A stretch of DNA of 64,000 nt from Macrostomum lignano (lineage: Eukaryota). Of this stretch, positions 36,301 to 48,551 are shown piece after piece. The stretch is taken from assembly GCA_002269645.1 (NCBI GenBank), contig NIVC01003001.1:1-64000 (forward strand), read 5' to 3'. Numbering within the stretch: the stretch's first letter is position 1; every line of letters begins with the position of its first letter. Below the pieces are notes generated by a model, which had not been told where the DNA came from, ran no database searches, and was given only the letters and a program-made list of their open reading frames with translations. The translations under genes were made by a program, and so were the position numbers.

Positions 36301-36315
36301 AATCTTAGAAGTCAT
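30363..36315 (-). CDS. Secreted C-type-lectin-like + multi-Sushi/CCP protein, paralog 3 (2-nt deletion in exon 2 as assembled; possible pseudogene or assembly error)
   Basis: Exons 36029-36315, 34848-35111, 33952-34162, 33399-33667, 32911-33110, 31734-32706, 30952-31386, 30363-30638. All introns are GT..AG. Exon 2 is 264 nt against 266 nt in both paralogs; the other exons are intact. Confidence 0.78.
31439..31621. mobile_element. 183-bp TGT..ACA insertion with 4-bp TSD (small solo-LTR-like element) in intron 6 of paralog 3
   Basis: Termini TGTGGCGG and CCGCTACA, with TTGA duplicated at 31435-31438 and 31622-31625. It is absent from the 161-nt equivalent intron of paralogs 1 and 2; this intron is 347 nt. 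Confidence 0.8.
34338..34780. repeat. 22-23-bp minisatellite (GTAGCTTTGTCACCCCCACTGCG)n in intron 2 of paralog 3
   Basis: Period 23, e.g. 34451 to 34474. Confidence 0.95.
35497..35965. mobile_element. MITE-like element with ~75-bp imperfect inverted arms
   Basis: GGTGAAAAAAGTA..GCTCGTT..GTCTATGGCCAAGCCTTATAC (to 35570) is mirrored by GTATAAGGCTTGGCCATAGAC..AACGAGC..TACTTTTTTCACC (from 35887). Confidence 0.6.
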
Positions 36316-36441
36316 GTGTCTATTTCTCCACTTAGAACCCGTTAATTTTCTCAACTCCCGCTCCCTTGCTTGGATACTTGTGCCCAGCTATAAATCAAGC
36401 TGTAAAGTCTTCCCCCTTCTCTTTTCGACTGTTTTTCTGTT

Positions 36442-36456
36442 ATTGCCCCTAGCAAC
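36442..36456 (-). promoter_or_regulatory. RFX X-box-like site upstream of paralog 3
   Basis: The minus strand reads GTTGCTAGGGGCAAT, about 127 bp upstream of the ATG at 36315. Confidence 0.45.
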
Positions 36457-39400
36457 GGGGAAGAAGACTATCGCTGACAAGTGAGCCCTGAGACTTATCA
36501 AGAGCCTGCTGCTATTGTTTTCTTCTTCTGTTGTAGCGCAAGAGTTTCCTTGCCAAGTGTGCTCAGGTCTGAGGTAGGAAAAGGATATAGTCAAGGACGA
36601 TAATTGACAGGGAAATCATAACTTGCTGACTGATTTGCTTGCTGGCTAACGCCCGTTATACCTCATTGTTGTTAAGAGTCTGAATTTCGGTGTGATTTTT
36701 TCCTCATTATTAGTTTTAATTTTTAGTATATGGATGCATCTTTTGCACCACCAGGAATGAATGAAGAATTACAACATTTCTTATCTGGATACATAACTCC
36801 GATCTTACATAAAACGTCAAAAGAAGGTAAAGAGCTGCCACTGTTCTCAAACTAGAATTCGACAAGGAATTTATAACAATTATAACATTTCTAATGTAAA
36901 ATTAAAAAAATTAAAATATCAAACTACTTTTGACTACTAAAAGTAGTTTTCCTCGCACTTTGACAATGGTAGCAAGATTTCTGTGTGTTCTGAAAATTGA
37001 TTTCAGATAAAATGAGTTGTCTGCTTAGATAGATCGAAAAACAGAAATAACAGGAACGCTTGCGTTTTTATAAAATCTAACGGATCTCCATTGACCAACT
37101 GTTGCAATATCAGCTAGGGTTGCTTCTAACCCGTGCGACCAGGACTTGCTCCATAGAGTAGCTTGTATTTATAATTTCACGTCATTGCCTTTGATATCGA
37201 AACGCAACGACAGTGCGACCGTACCGATCCTGGCTTTCCGTTCTGGTGCTGAAAGTACAACCATCGTGCTTAGTTTCCTAGACATATTCACCTAGCCCCA
37301 TGCTGCTACCTGGTTCGGATGCACCGGAGTGGCCAAGGTCCCAATATGCTAAACTAGTGGCACTTGGGGACCAGAGGCATGACCACAGGTCACCGGTCAC
37401 ATGCACACCCAAATAAACTCCTGCTAATGAGAAAGGACTCCAAGCCAGCCTTGAGGACCCCGGATAGTCAGTCTAGCCAAGGCACTTCGGCTGATTGCGA
37501 GGTCGCGGTGGATGATTTAGGAATTGCTCTCAGATCAGATTGGGATTAGAGATGGATTACTAAGCAAAGCAGGTGGGTGTGAGTTCAAGTTTATACAAGG
37601 GGATCAAATTGATCCGATAGGCAAGAAGTAGATTAAGGGACAGTAGCGGGTACAAAGAGGGAGGATGACGGTCCTTCAGCTATTCGAAAGTCGATATCGA
37701 AGTGAGGGGAGACCAGACACCTGTTCACGAAAGCATGGAAAAGTTTCTGATTGAATAGAGAAAGGTCATATCACGAGTCATGCGCGTGATGCGTGAAAAG
37801 AAAGTCCTTGACTGAGCGTCCCTTTTCTTGGGGTCGCGGCAAAGGGGTTGTAATTGTCATGATGATTTCAAAAAACGTTGGATGGAAGTAAAGTTGAGTT
37901 GAGCGTAAGGTGTGTCATATTATATTATGACCCATCTTTTAAACGATGATTTATCTGAATCGTAACCATATACGAAAGACATTGAATTACGTGAAACAAA
38001 AAATTGGGGACACGCGAATCTCCGTTGCGAAACTCGCAAATTGGATCAAATAATAGTATAGCTTAGATAAACTACTCTCAGTGTTTGAGGACCACTTGCA
38101 GTTGAACTTAAAAACAAGGGTGCGCATAATAAGAGGGCCAAACTGCCTGCAATCTGGACTGCCGATATTTAGCTAAATGAGAGATTAATGTGATAATAGC
38201 ACACCTTGCTTTGCCTGTTGGGTAGTGCCTTTTTTCGGCCTCCAAGTCGCATCATTTCTTTATACCAGAGTTTCTGGAAAGTTCTGGTCATTTAAGAGTG
38301 GCACACTTCTTCTTTCTAATAAATTAAATCTTGCTCAGTGTGGTAATTTCATTCAAAAGTCAGTCTTTTCAAGACAGGCTTCACATGTAGCAACGCACAT
38401 CTCCGATCGCTTGAGCATCCCGTCAGTCGTATCAGAGCAGCGTTGTCTTGGAAGACCACGGGAGGCCAAGGACTGCTTAAGTACTAGGACGGGAAACTGT
38501 ATGTTTCTCGGAAAAAAATTAGGTTTTACCGAAAATGAAAAACATAACGCAGATGTGCTTTCATTTATTCAGCACAAAATTTGTTATTGTTTTTGATAAA
38601 ATGGAGACCCGATATTCATCATTTGATAGCCTTGCCTTGCTTATAGCTCTATACTGATATCATAAAGGTTTTTAATTAGAAGATTATCATTCTAATTGAT
38701 AAGATTCTAAAGAATGATAAAAATGAGATCATACGAGATAAATATCAATTCAAGATTGTAGTATATTTTTCGTAGTAGATTATAGTAGATTATAGTATAT
38801 CGTATATTTTTCGTACGATGGCTGGAACCGTCCTAAACATTATAATACGGAGCTGATGTTCTTCCATTCGTAAATGTCGCTGTTGTTTTCTAGCCCAGCA
38901 GCTTGGCAAAAGTTCAAAAAATATTTTCGATTTGAGCTTATCATTTAATCTATGCTATAGCCTTGAGATTTGGGGATTTTTAATTTATCATAACTCGCTG
39001 AGCCTGATTTCTCACTGATTAAAACCGATTTGACGCAGTTAGTGCTGTCTGTTCCTACGAGCGTACGAGCTAATAAATTGGCACCCAGAACCAGATAACT
39101 GCTATTGAAAATATTTTTTAATAAACACTAAATGAGCGGTACCTTCAGTAAAAGACAAACGACCATCTATATTTGTGCCTGGAGAATCGAAAGGAAGACT
39201 TGAGGGTGCTTTCTCTCGTGTCGAACATGCTGTAGGCCTGACAGTGTAGTTCGGGTAACTGAGTACATTGTGCCCGCTCAATTCTTTTTACTCCTTGCGA
39301 CGTCCACCAAACATGCAATGGTGAGCTCGGCATGCCTTTGAATTATGAGACAGACCAGTCTTAAGAGCTAAGGTCTGCGATCCTACACACCTGCACCCCC

Positions 39401-40999
39401 TCTAATCTGGTGCACGAATGGCTGGAGAACTCTCTCCAAGCTGACTCACAAGCCGACACAGGGGTTTACGCCCCGAATGTGCTCAAGGCAGCCCATCCGT
39501 GGCCTTGGCTTCTGTCTCGGCCGTATTGGGTACGGGCTCTGCCCAGAAGTGAACCTGTGCGCATCAGGTATCTCTGGCCGCGGCTCTGAGGAACAGGTAC
39601 CACCCTCTGGCTTTAACAGGGCCTGCAGCCAGTCCGCAGGCTCCGGAGACAGTTTTCCTGTCTCCCTCAAGGATCATCAACTTCTTACAGGTGGAGACCA
39701 TACCAAAATATATGAGTATTGGATTTATACTGTCTCCATCACTAAAGGACTACAACGTCTGATCAGTAGTAAACCAGCGGCTGCACAATTTCTATGCCAA
39801 TCAGTCTAGAGAATTAAATTTCATAAAATTTAGTTGACGGGAGTAACATCGAGAACTGTGCATCCCAAGTGCAGCATAAATGCAGTTTCTAAATGAAAAA
39901 GTACGAATTGTTGGATGGACCTAATAGTGAGGTTTTTATACGCCTGTACGCTCCCATCTTGGGGTACGGGTAGATAATTCAGAAAAACGTGACCACAGTT
40001 GCATTATAACAATAACTTTTGTTGCTTCATAAAAACTGGAGAACTGGAGAACGGGAAAATTCGGAAAAGTTATACGAGTCCGTCTGAGAAGATTTTTTAA
40101 TTCACAATTTTTGCGCTGCTACACGGGTTACATTTTCAGGGATCTGCTGAACATTCTGGTCATATGGTCGATTGTTTGCCCTCAGTCGCTTATATAGCTT
40201 ATACTCGCATTACTTCATAATGCACTAGAAGTACTCAATTCACAATTGCAATCAAATACGTATCAAGTCTCAAATCGGTGTGCAAACTGTTTTTAAAGTA
40301 ATTTGAGAAATGACTGACGGAATTCGAGTTCTCCGCCTCGCGTCATTGTAGCTACTTGAAATTCGTCAGCTACAAATAGCCGAAAGAAAAGAGGAATGCA
40401 ATCATTTTAGTTCGTGATGACGTGATGGGTGAATTTGAGCACCCAGAAGCAATAGCGTAAAAAGTACCCGCATTTTGCAACGCTTCATTCTCAATAGCCG
40501 TGCAACTCACTCAATACGTCACTCAATTCATAGCACCTGGATTAAACTGAAGTTTTTGAAGACGGTAAAACAAAAGCCCAATGTACAATTCAATGGATGC
40601 ATTGTATCTTTAGTGCAGAAAAATTAATAAAATAATAATCAGCGACCTTTATCAGCCCCTAACTCACGCTGCCCAAAAGTTTGCATTCTCGTGCTTTCTA
40701 CCCACGATACTGAAAATGTCAATTGCATTAAAGACTGCTTACTATATTTATCAGTTGAAATTTATTTACCCTTCTGATATTTCGATGTTATTCGCCGGTT
40801 GATCTATTTGATGTTTGAAAAAATTATCAAAACCCGAAGATGTAAAATAATGTAAAATTAAAATTAAAATTATGCTCATGGGGGAATATTGCTGAGATGC
40901 CAAGGTTGATGGGGGAATCACTGAAACGGAGTGGCTCATTGGTAGTTGCTGAGATACCAAGGGGTCAATTGTGAGTTGTTGGTAGGCCCTGCATCCAAG

Positions 41000-41390
41000 G
41001 GACAGTTAGGGTAATGCAATTTATGGTATTTCGGATGCGTCCCTCTTTTCTTGCTGACTGTCGCTCATTCCTCCTCCATCAGAAAACGTCACCAGAGCCT
41101 CGTCAGATTCTGCGTCTGGAATTATCTTTCTGGCATTGTTAACGTGGCTTCTTGATTGTGCCACTTTTGTTCTCCACGATCAGCAGTCCTCCGACTCGCT
41201 TCCTTACATAGTATGTATTGCTCTGTACCAAAAAGCTATCGTACTTTTTCCTTGCCTCCGTTTCAATCACTACTGTTTTGTCACCTGTTTTGATGTCGCA
41301 CTCCCGAGCGTTCCGACTAGCATAGTTGGACATTTTTCTTTTGTAGTCGTAAGACAAGAGCTAAGAGCGTAAGACAGGTCACATGTGTGA
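41000..41390 (-). mobile_element. Gypsy-type LTR retrotransposon pol C-terminal (post-integrase) fragment
   Basis: YKRKMSNYASRNARECDIKTGDKTVVI...RKKYD...YYVRKRVGGLLIV resembles the K-MK-YAD-R-AR--I--GD-VLV tail of Gypsy integrases. It is followed by an acidic tail and disrupted by stops. Confidence 0.5.
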
Positions 41391-41482
41391 TCGAACAAGG
41401 AGTTGTACTCATTGTACTCAGATGCATCGAGCACTGCAGCCGGTCAGGCGATTTTAAATCAGCATAATTTACCGTGATTGTA

Positions 41483-43103
41483 TTGATAAGCTAATAATAT
41501 AGCTTTTTGCAAGCCATTTGATACTACGAGCAAGCAATTAATTATTCAGTGGGGAAAGCCAGTGTTAAAATATAGATTTCTCAGTACTCTATAGCTCAAA
41601 CCATGGGCTTTGGAGCAACCAATTGAATAACCCGAGCACCATTTAGTCATTTCCAGTGTTACTTGTGTCGCATTGGCTGCAAATAGACGCACACATTCAA
41701 CATGGTAGAAAACGAGGAATCCAGCGAGCTTTTGGAAGAAGTCGGAGGAAGCTTTGTCACTGCTGATGAAGCGCTAGAAGAGCAAGATCATGCAGCACCG
41801 TGGCTCCACTGTTGACGCTAAAAAGTTTGCGAAACACTGGTCTTGAGTGGTCTTGAGTGAAGCCACAATAAGCAAAAGCCTAGACTAGCATGGTTGATCA
41901 CTTTGAAGTACCTGGGAAGAGATGCGGACATGCCGGCGGTTCGGAACTCGCCAGAAAACATAGCATGGAGGCAGGAATTCGGGGCTTCTTAAACTTTAGG
42001 TTAGATAAAATAGTTACAGTTTTGTTAGTCTTAATTTTGTCTCATAGGGATTTTTGATGGTGCTGATTTCAAATTTGAGCTTCATTTTTTCGTAGCTTAA
42101 AGCCAACCACTGGGGCATGGGGAATGGGGGGTTTATGGTGGGGAGAATCTTCATGGGAATTGATTTTTTGTACCTAAACTTCAATAGAGGAACGGGGGTC
42201 TATTGAAGATTAGGTTAAAAATTCAGCAAGTTATCAAACACCTCCATGGAGAAAAAATAGAATCCTATCAAAACTAATTGATATCAGCAGCTGTAGTTAC
42301 CTTCAGAATGAAGACAACGCAGATTAGTATAAATTACGAGCTTAGTATAGGTAAACAAATAATGAATGTACGGTTAGTAGTCACAACGATGAGAGAACGA
42401 CAGCGAATCAAAAAGCGGGAGTGATGGGGGCGGGTGGCGAACAAACAAATTGAGCTTGCGTTACCTCTGAAAGTACTCGTATTTTTTGCATTTTTTTGCT
42501 TTATTATCACTTGGACACTTTTTAAGACTGGCGAAAGTTTCAGAAATATCGGAAAATCGGAAGTATTTTACGTACCTAAAGTTCAAGAGTCCGGAAGTCG
42601 CCCATTGGCTGACTGATTTGACCCCAGAATGTCATCTGATCTGTGTTGATGAAAACCATCCAGGAAGTTTCACCGGATCTTGGCCTGGTTCTCCATAAGA
42701 TCGTGAGCCAGATACGTACTGATGCGCGAGATCGTACTGACTGCCGACCTATTCCAGGTGTTTATCGAGGAGTTGCTCAACTCGGTCAATAATCCAAAGG
42801 CGTCGGCAAGGCGCTTCATTTCACTGATCCGCTTTGTTAATTTTCTGCCCTATCAGTTGTCGGTTCAGTTGTTGTATTCTGTTTTGTTTCTCAAGCTGCT
42901 TGAGCGTTGTCTCCCCAAATGCAGTGTTTATATTGACTATTAGGGTGCTCAGATTATTAAATTGGTTGCTCCAAAGCCCATGCTTTGGACCATAGAGTAC
43001 TGAGAAACCTCTCTTTTAGCACTGGGTTTCCCCACTGATTATTAAATTGCTTGCTCATAATATCAAATGGCTTGCAAGAAGCTATATTTCATGATTAATC
43101 AAA
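41483..43103. repeat. Pair of ~155-bp inverted repeats 1.3 kb apart (TIR-element-like)
   Basis: 41483-41640 (ATATAGCTTTTTGCAAGCCATTTGATA...CATGGGCTTTGGAGCAACCAATT..GAGCACC) is the reverse complement of 42944-43103. Confidence 0.75.
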
Positions 43104-45147
43104 TTAATTTGGGATCAATTACTCGAATTCAGACCCTGGAGGAAAAAAGAAAATTTGTAGTATTACTTCGTCGAAACTCTGCCCTTAGGACACGGAAGTC
43201 GCCTCATAAATTAATAGCCTAGGGAATTTATCTGATTTATCTAAAAAGCACAGTTTGGAAAACCGAGAACGCTTTTTACGTTCGCAAGTAATTAGTTCAG
43301 TCCCTGCTGCCACAGCGGCATAGTTTTAACTGTCTCCACTTTTTCCCAGCAATAATATGCACCTATGGAGTTGTTGTATTCTGGGGCGTGGCCAAGCAAT
43401 CGTAATGATTCTTTTGGCGAATGTGTATTTCTATACATAATATAGATATTACCACTGCGTATTAAATGGTTATCTAATTGATTCATTCTGAGCCTGAAAT
43501 CCGTAGTTTATGGAAAAAGTCGCCACTTTTAAGCAGAATTAAATCAGTTAACCATATCAGGAGCAAAACTGAAATACTTTCTACCATAGTCTTAATATGT
43601 AGTCTATGGTCTATAGACTATTCATCATAGTCTATGGTTAAGCTCTGACTCTCCAAATATAGAAGGTGCATCAAATCGTGTATACAGATCAGCCTATAGT
43701 CTATGGTAAAGATCCAAATGAACTGACGCAGTCAGTTTGGGAATACCACGGGAGTTGGCGATCGTGGGCGAGAATAGCACAAAAGACCCGGGCAAACTCA
43801 GTGGTCAGGATTATAGTGACAGGTACTAAGGGCTCGCACCCAGGTACTTAAATGCGAGTCCTTCAAGTATTACCACTAAGCAATTTTTTCCAATTTCCCA
43901 GCTTATAAACTCCTTTGTACACGTACTGTACGAGCTACTAGCTGATGCGCACGTGTCCATCAAACGATTTAATCAGTTTCTTAGCCGTATCATTCGCACG
44001 GCAGAAGTTTTTGCTTCTAGAATTTTTTAGACTTCCCAGCAGAAGCCATCGGCGGGAAGGGAGGCTACAGAAAACAGAGGATGCTATCACGGATCTGCGG
44101 ATTTCCCTAAAAGCGTGTGGTCAGGTTCTCAAGCACTTTCATCTTCTAACTCAAAGAGGGTTACAGTAGGAAAAGAAGATTAAGTTCCGCTACGGTAATG
44201 AGCACAGAGGTAGAGATGCCAGGAAGTAGATTCTGCTGGAGCTAATTTGTCAGCTAAGTGATAACGAATCCTATTTAAAAGTATTGAAGACGCAGTTTGG
44301 CCTAAGGCCTATATACTGCCTACGTTTTGGTCAGTGCGCTCAATCCCACACAGCTGGCATTGTAAAATTTGAATGTCTTATTTAGCACGCCATCTTGAGC
44401 TCACGCTTTGGACAAGACATGATTGCAGTGGAGTGCTCAGTAATTATGCGGACCTGCCATCTCGAGTTGCTAGGTAGAGTAGTTCAGGCTCTAGAGACCG
44501 TCTTGGTAAGTGTTGAGCATGAAAGCTTCGCCAAAATTTCCGACATCCTTGATGTAGAATTTTTTCCTTTGTAAATGTAGGCTGCGACAATACTTAACGA
44601 ACAAGAATAATTCCGTGACTTACAAAATTAAAGCATAAAGAGACCGAGAAAGGAACTCGTTATTTTTTCATTTGTTAAGCTTAGATATAGATATTTTTAT
44701 AATTCACATTTGAAAAAAAACTTACACTGCTTTGCTTCCAAAACGCAGACAATTTTTTAGAGAAAAAAAATAGCGATGAAAATAATATCGAAAATAATAT
44801 ATTATTAAAATAATATGACAATAATATCATACCTAATCGTCATTCTGGAAAATAGCTTTTGATTGATCTTTTTTATAGAGAATTCTTAGAGCGCCGTGAC
44901 GTTGTTCAGCAACATCAGCTCAATCTTTAGCCTGACCGGCCGTCAGCACGATCTGTCGCTGCCGCTGCAGTCTGAGCTGCTCCGAAGTCATCAACGATGA
45001 GCTGCTGCGCGATTTGTTAAAGCGGCGAATGGCGTTCGCCCTCTGGCTGTTCAACGTGGCGCGCCACCAGCCTGGTAGGAGGAGCCGCGCAGGCCGCCAG
45101 TGTATCCCAGCGGACGACCGAGTTTGCAGAGAGCGGCGCAGAACGGC

Positions 45148-45364
45148 NNNNNNNNNNNNNNNNNNNNNNNNNNNNNNNNNNNNNNNNNNNNNNNNNNNNN
45201 NNNNNNNNNNNNNNNNNNNNNNNNNNNNNNNNNNNNNNNNNNNNNNNNNNNNNNNNNNNNNNNNNNNNNNNNNNNNNNNNNNNNNNNNNNNNNNNNNNNN
45301 NNNNNNNNNNNNNNNNNNNNNNNNNNNNNNNNNNNNNNNNNNNNNNNNNNNNNNNNNNNNNNNN
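45148..45364. other. Assembly gap (217 N)
   Basis: Run of N. Confidence 1.
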
Positions 45365-46559
45365 GGAGATCTCAATCGCCATGAAAACTTATAAAAGCCA
45401 CAAGGCAAACAAGACTGCCAGAAACGCTTCGAATTGTTCTTTTGTAATCAACACTCGCGAAGCTCTCGCGGCAATCGTCAGTCATGCATCGATAGGCACT
45501 GTTGAACTTGAAATACTTTAGTATGATACAAAAGCTTTGAATTCAGATGATCAATCAAGTCAATTATCGGAGCGGACTAATCCAAGCTCGGCAGGTTTCG
45601 TGACGCGGATCGGTGATTTTCTGTGCTTCTATATAAGGAAAGCATTAATTTGCTCTAAAGAAAGGTGAGCCCTAGAATGATTTCTAGAATGCCGTAGGCA
45701 CTAGCAAATTGCCGCTATTCCTTTTCGATGAAGAGACAAAAGCATCGAGCAATGGAGAGATTTTTGCTTTTCAACCAGAAAAACAGTCTGTAGGAAACCC
45801 GCATTGTTGTTTCAAATAGAAAAATTCATGAAAGCGAAAAGAGACAGCTGAATTCTGTTCTGATGCAGCTTATTGTATTCTATTACAATGGAGCGCCATT
45901 GCGAAGGCCCAAGGTAGACGCAGCTAAAAATCATGAAGTATTTTTAACAAAATTCCCCTTTTCTAGTGTGAGGCGGAGGACATAATATGATCGCATGCTT
46001 TCCGTGAGATGCCTTGTTGAATGAATCTCAATATCTTGTCCAGTATTTCTACAGTTAAAAAACAGCCTGTCAGCAATCAGCATGCAATTTGGCCCTCAGA
46101 AAGTATTTTGAAAAACCACTTTACACTTGATGAAAAATCGGATACACCGATGCAACGCTTAATTTGACACCTTTGTTTGCACGCACGGCTTGCACTGAGA
46201 GTGATTCTGTATTTTAGTTTGTCAGATTAAACTCAATTTCTGATTTTCACTCAATGGGGACATTGTAAAAACCTTTACATAGACACTGCTACGAGCTACT
46301 ACGCTATTTTGTTTTACGCTCATACACTCATTCGTTTTCTAAAAGGATTTCCGCGTAAATTGCTTTATTGTCAATTTCAAACAATGACCGGTAATTGCTT
46401 GAATGTCATTGCCTTAACGTAAATTACCATAGACATTTTGAACAATTACTGCTCATTCCGCCGACTCCCCTGCGCAGGCAAACAAGCGCGCGATATGTAC
46501 GCAGTCATACGCACAGGCACTCGCACAGGAGTGTACAGCGGCCCTAAATTTATTTATCG

Positions 46560-46740
46560 TTAGGCATGTACACTTTATTGTGGCTTGGGGGGTTGGCCCT
46601 CAATGCCGTTAATTGTACGAGCAGAGCCAAGCCAAGATTCCAATCCAGCCCCAAATTAATGTGACTGCACTTGGAATCGAGCCTGGGCCGCTGGCACACC
46701 AGAGCCTGCGCTAAGCCACTGGGCTGCGGACCCTGCCCAG
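46560..46740 (-). mobile_element. Short tRNA-derived SINE-like element (second family)
   Basis: The minus strand begins GCAGCCCAGTGGCTTAGCGC (A box) ... GGCTCGATTCC (B box), followed by an unrelated body ending near CAATAAAGT. Confidence 0.5.
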
Positions 46741-47506
46741 CAGTGTTCTCAGCTGGAATTTGAATTAAATATGATTTAATTCAACTAAGGACACTGCAGG
46801 ATTGGTGCACAGTGAGTGCACACCTTGCTAGGAATTGTTCAAATATGTCTTATGTTATAAATCGTTTCAAGTGATCGATTGAATCGACCCCATTGCACAG
46901 CGATAAACAAATTTAGGTATTCGCAAATTTTCTAAAAGAAAATTCAGAAACGCTACGACGCGGTACAGAGAAGCGCAGAGACGGCATCAGCTGTTGTTTT
47001 TTCGTTTTAATTAGGTCCTGGGAATTGAATCTCCCCTGGGACCAATGGATCCGTCAAAACCGAACTGCCAGCCAATGAATCCCGAAAATGGTTTGTACTT
47101 TTCTGATTTTGCTTTACAGAGACAGAGAGAGGAAAGCAGGCCAAGTTCCTTCACTTTGCATCTACAAAGTTTTTTTTTCCAAAAGGGATTTAAACGTTTC
47201 TGGTGATTCCAGTTTAGTTCAGCTGGTGTCCCTTCAACACCTGCTGCAAAGCAGAACATTGGTGCTATTAGCACAATTTGCAGGACCTCGGGCACATACG
47301 TGGTGCCTGTAACAGCAAGTCACATTCCTTGTTAATCATTTTTCTATCAATGATATGCTTCCGATGCTTTTTATTCGTGTTTTGTACTAATGAGGACATG
47401 CTCTGCTTTGTCAAAATAAAAACGGTAGAAAGCAGATGCCTATGAATATGGTAGCGAATGGATTCGTCTGGTCAAAGCAGATACTTGGCTTTCACCGATC
47501 ACTGAC

Positions 47507-47634
<128 letters not shown>

Positions 47635-48551
47635 TAGTATCTGTTACAGCTTGAACTGAATCGTCATAGCATCAATTATGTCAGAAAATGATTGAACACT
47701 ATTTACTCATTTTTCAAGAGTGTCCATGCGATACTTTTGGCTATGAGTAGTCACTACATAATTTGAGAACTATTTTATACGCGAACGCATCTCATTAGAG
47801 TTGATTGTCGGATATACGCTCGTAGCAGCTGCCTAACAAGAGCAGAGCTGTGATTACGAATAAGCACACAATGTCATCATCATATGAGTGCACAGAGAGG
47901 ACAATTTTAGTAAATGGCAGTCAGTTGATTCCCGCACTGGGCTCAGGCACTAATAATATGTCTCATAGCCAGCACTCACGCCAATCTCTTTTGGACAGTC
48001 GTTGCTGATAGCATAATTACAGTACAGCTATACAAGGCCCGCTTGCATAGTAAAAAAGTGATATACATTTCAGAGGCAGTGAGTGGCTTTAGTGCGACTG
48101 TCCATATACTGTACTCAAAAATACTTTGCTGTGTATAGCTTGCTGTCACTTGGCACTTGAACTGAGCTGAGCACATGCTGTGTAGCACAGCTGTCTTTGT
48201 GACTGGAAGTTTTTCGTAAGTCATGGCTAGAGGACACTAAAGGCAAAAACTATTCTTTTAAAAAAATCGCTACCGAAATTCCACCTCTGACTAGAAAATA
48301 TGATCTGCATAGCAAGGACTCTGCTAACTTATACATTTTTGTATTGCAGTAGAACGATTATGCGTTCTTTAGTGGGATCCAACTTGCAATCAAACCTGAG
48401 ACTGCATGGGTCATTAATGCGCTTTACGTGTATAAACATTTCAAGCTAAACTTGAACCTAGACTATCAATAAAATGCTGTATCTGCAGTTGAAGCTAAAT
48501 CTTATCGTTTACCACATGAAGAGGAATTTACTGTTTTCCTGTTTCCTTTTT

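Noticed and set aside
37290-39810. GC-richer patches at ~37.3-37.9 kb and ~39.3-39.7 kb
   Set aside because: Probably old TE debris, but no motif, terminus or TSD could be supported.
44920-45408. ORFs spanning the N run
   Set aside because: They are artefacts of translating the gap.
47011-47295. 94-aa ORF ending GPRGDS
   Set aside because: A single Gly-X-Y-like snippet with no recognisable domain or linked exons.
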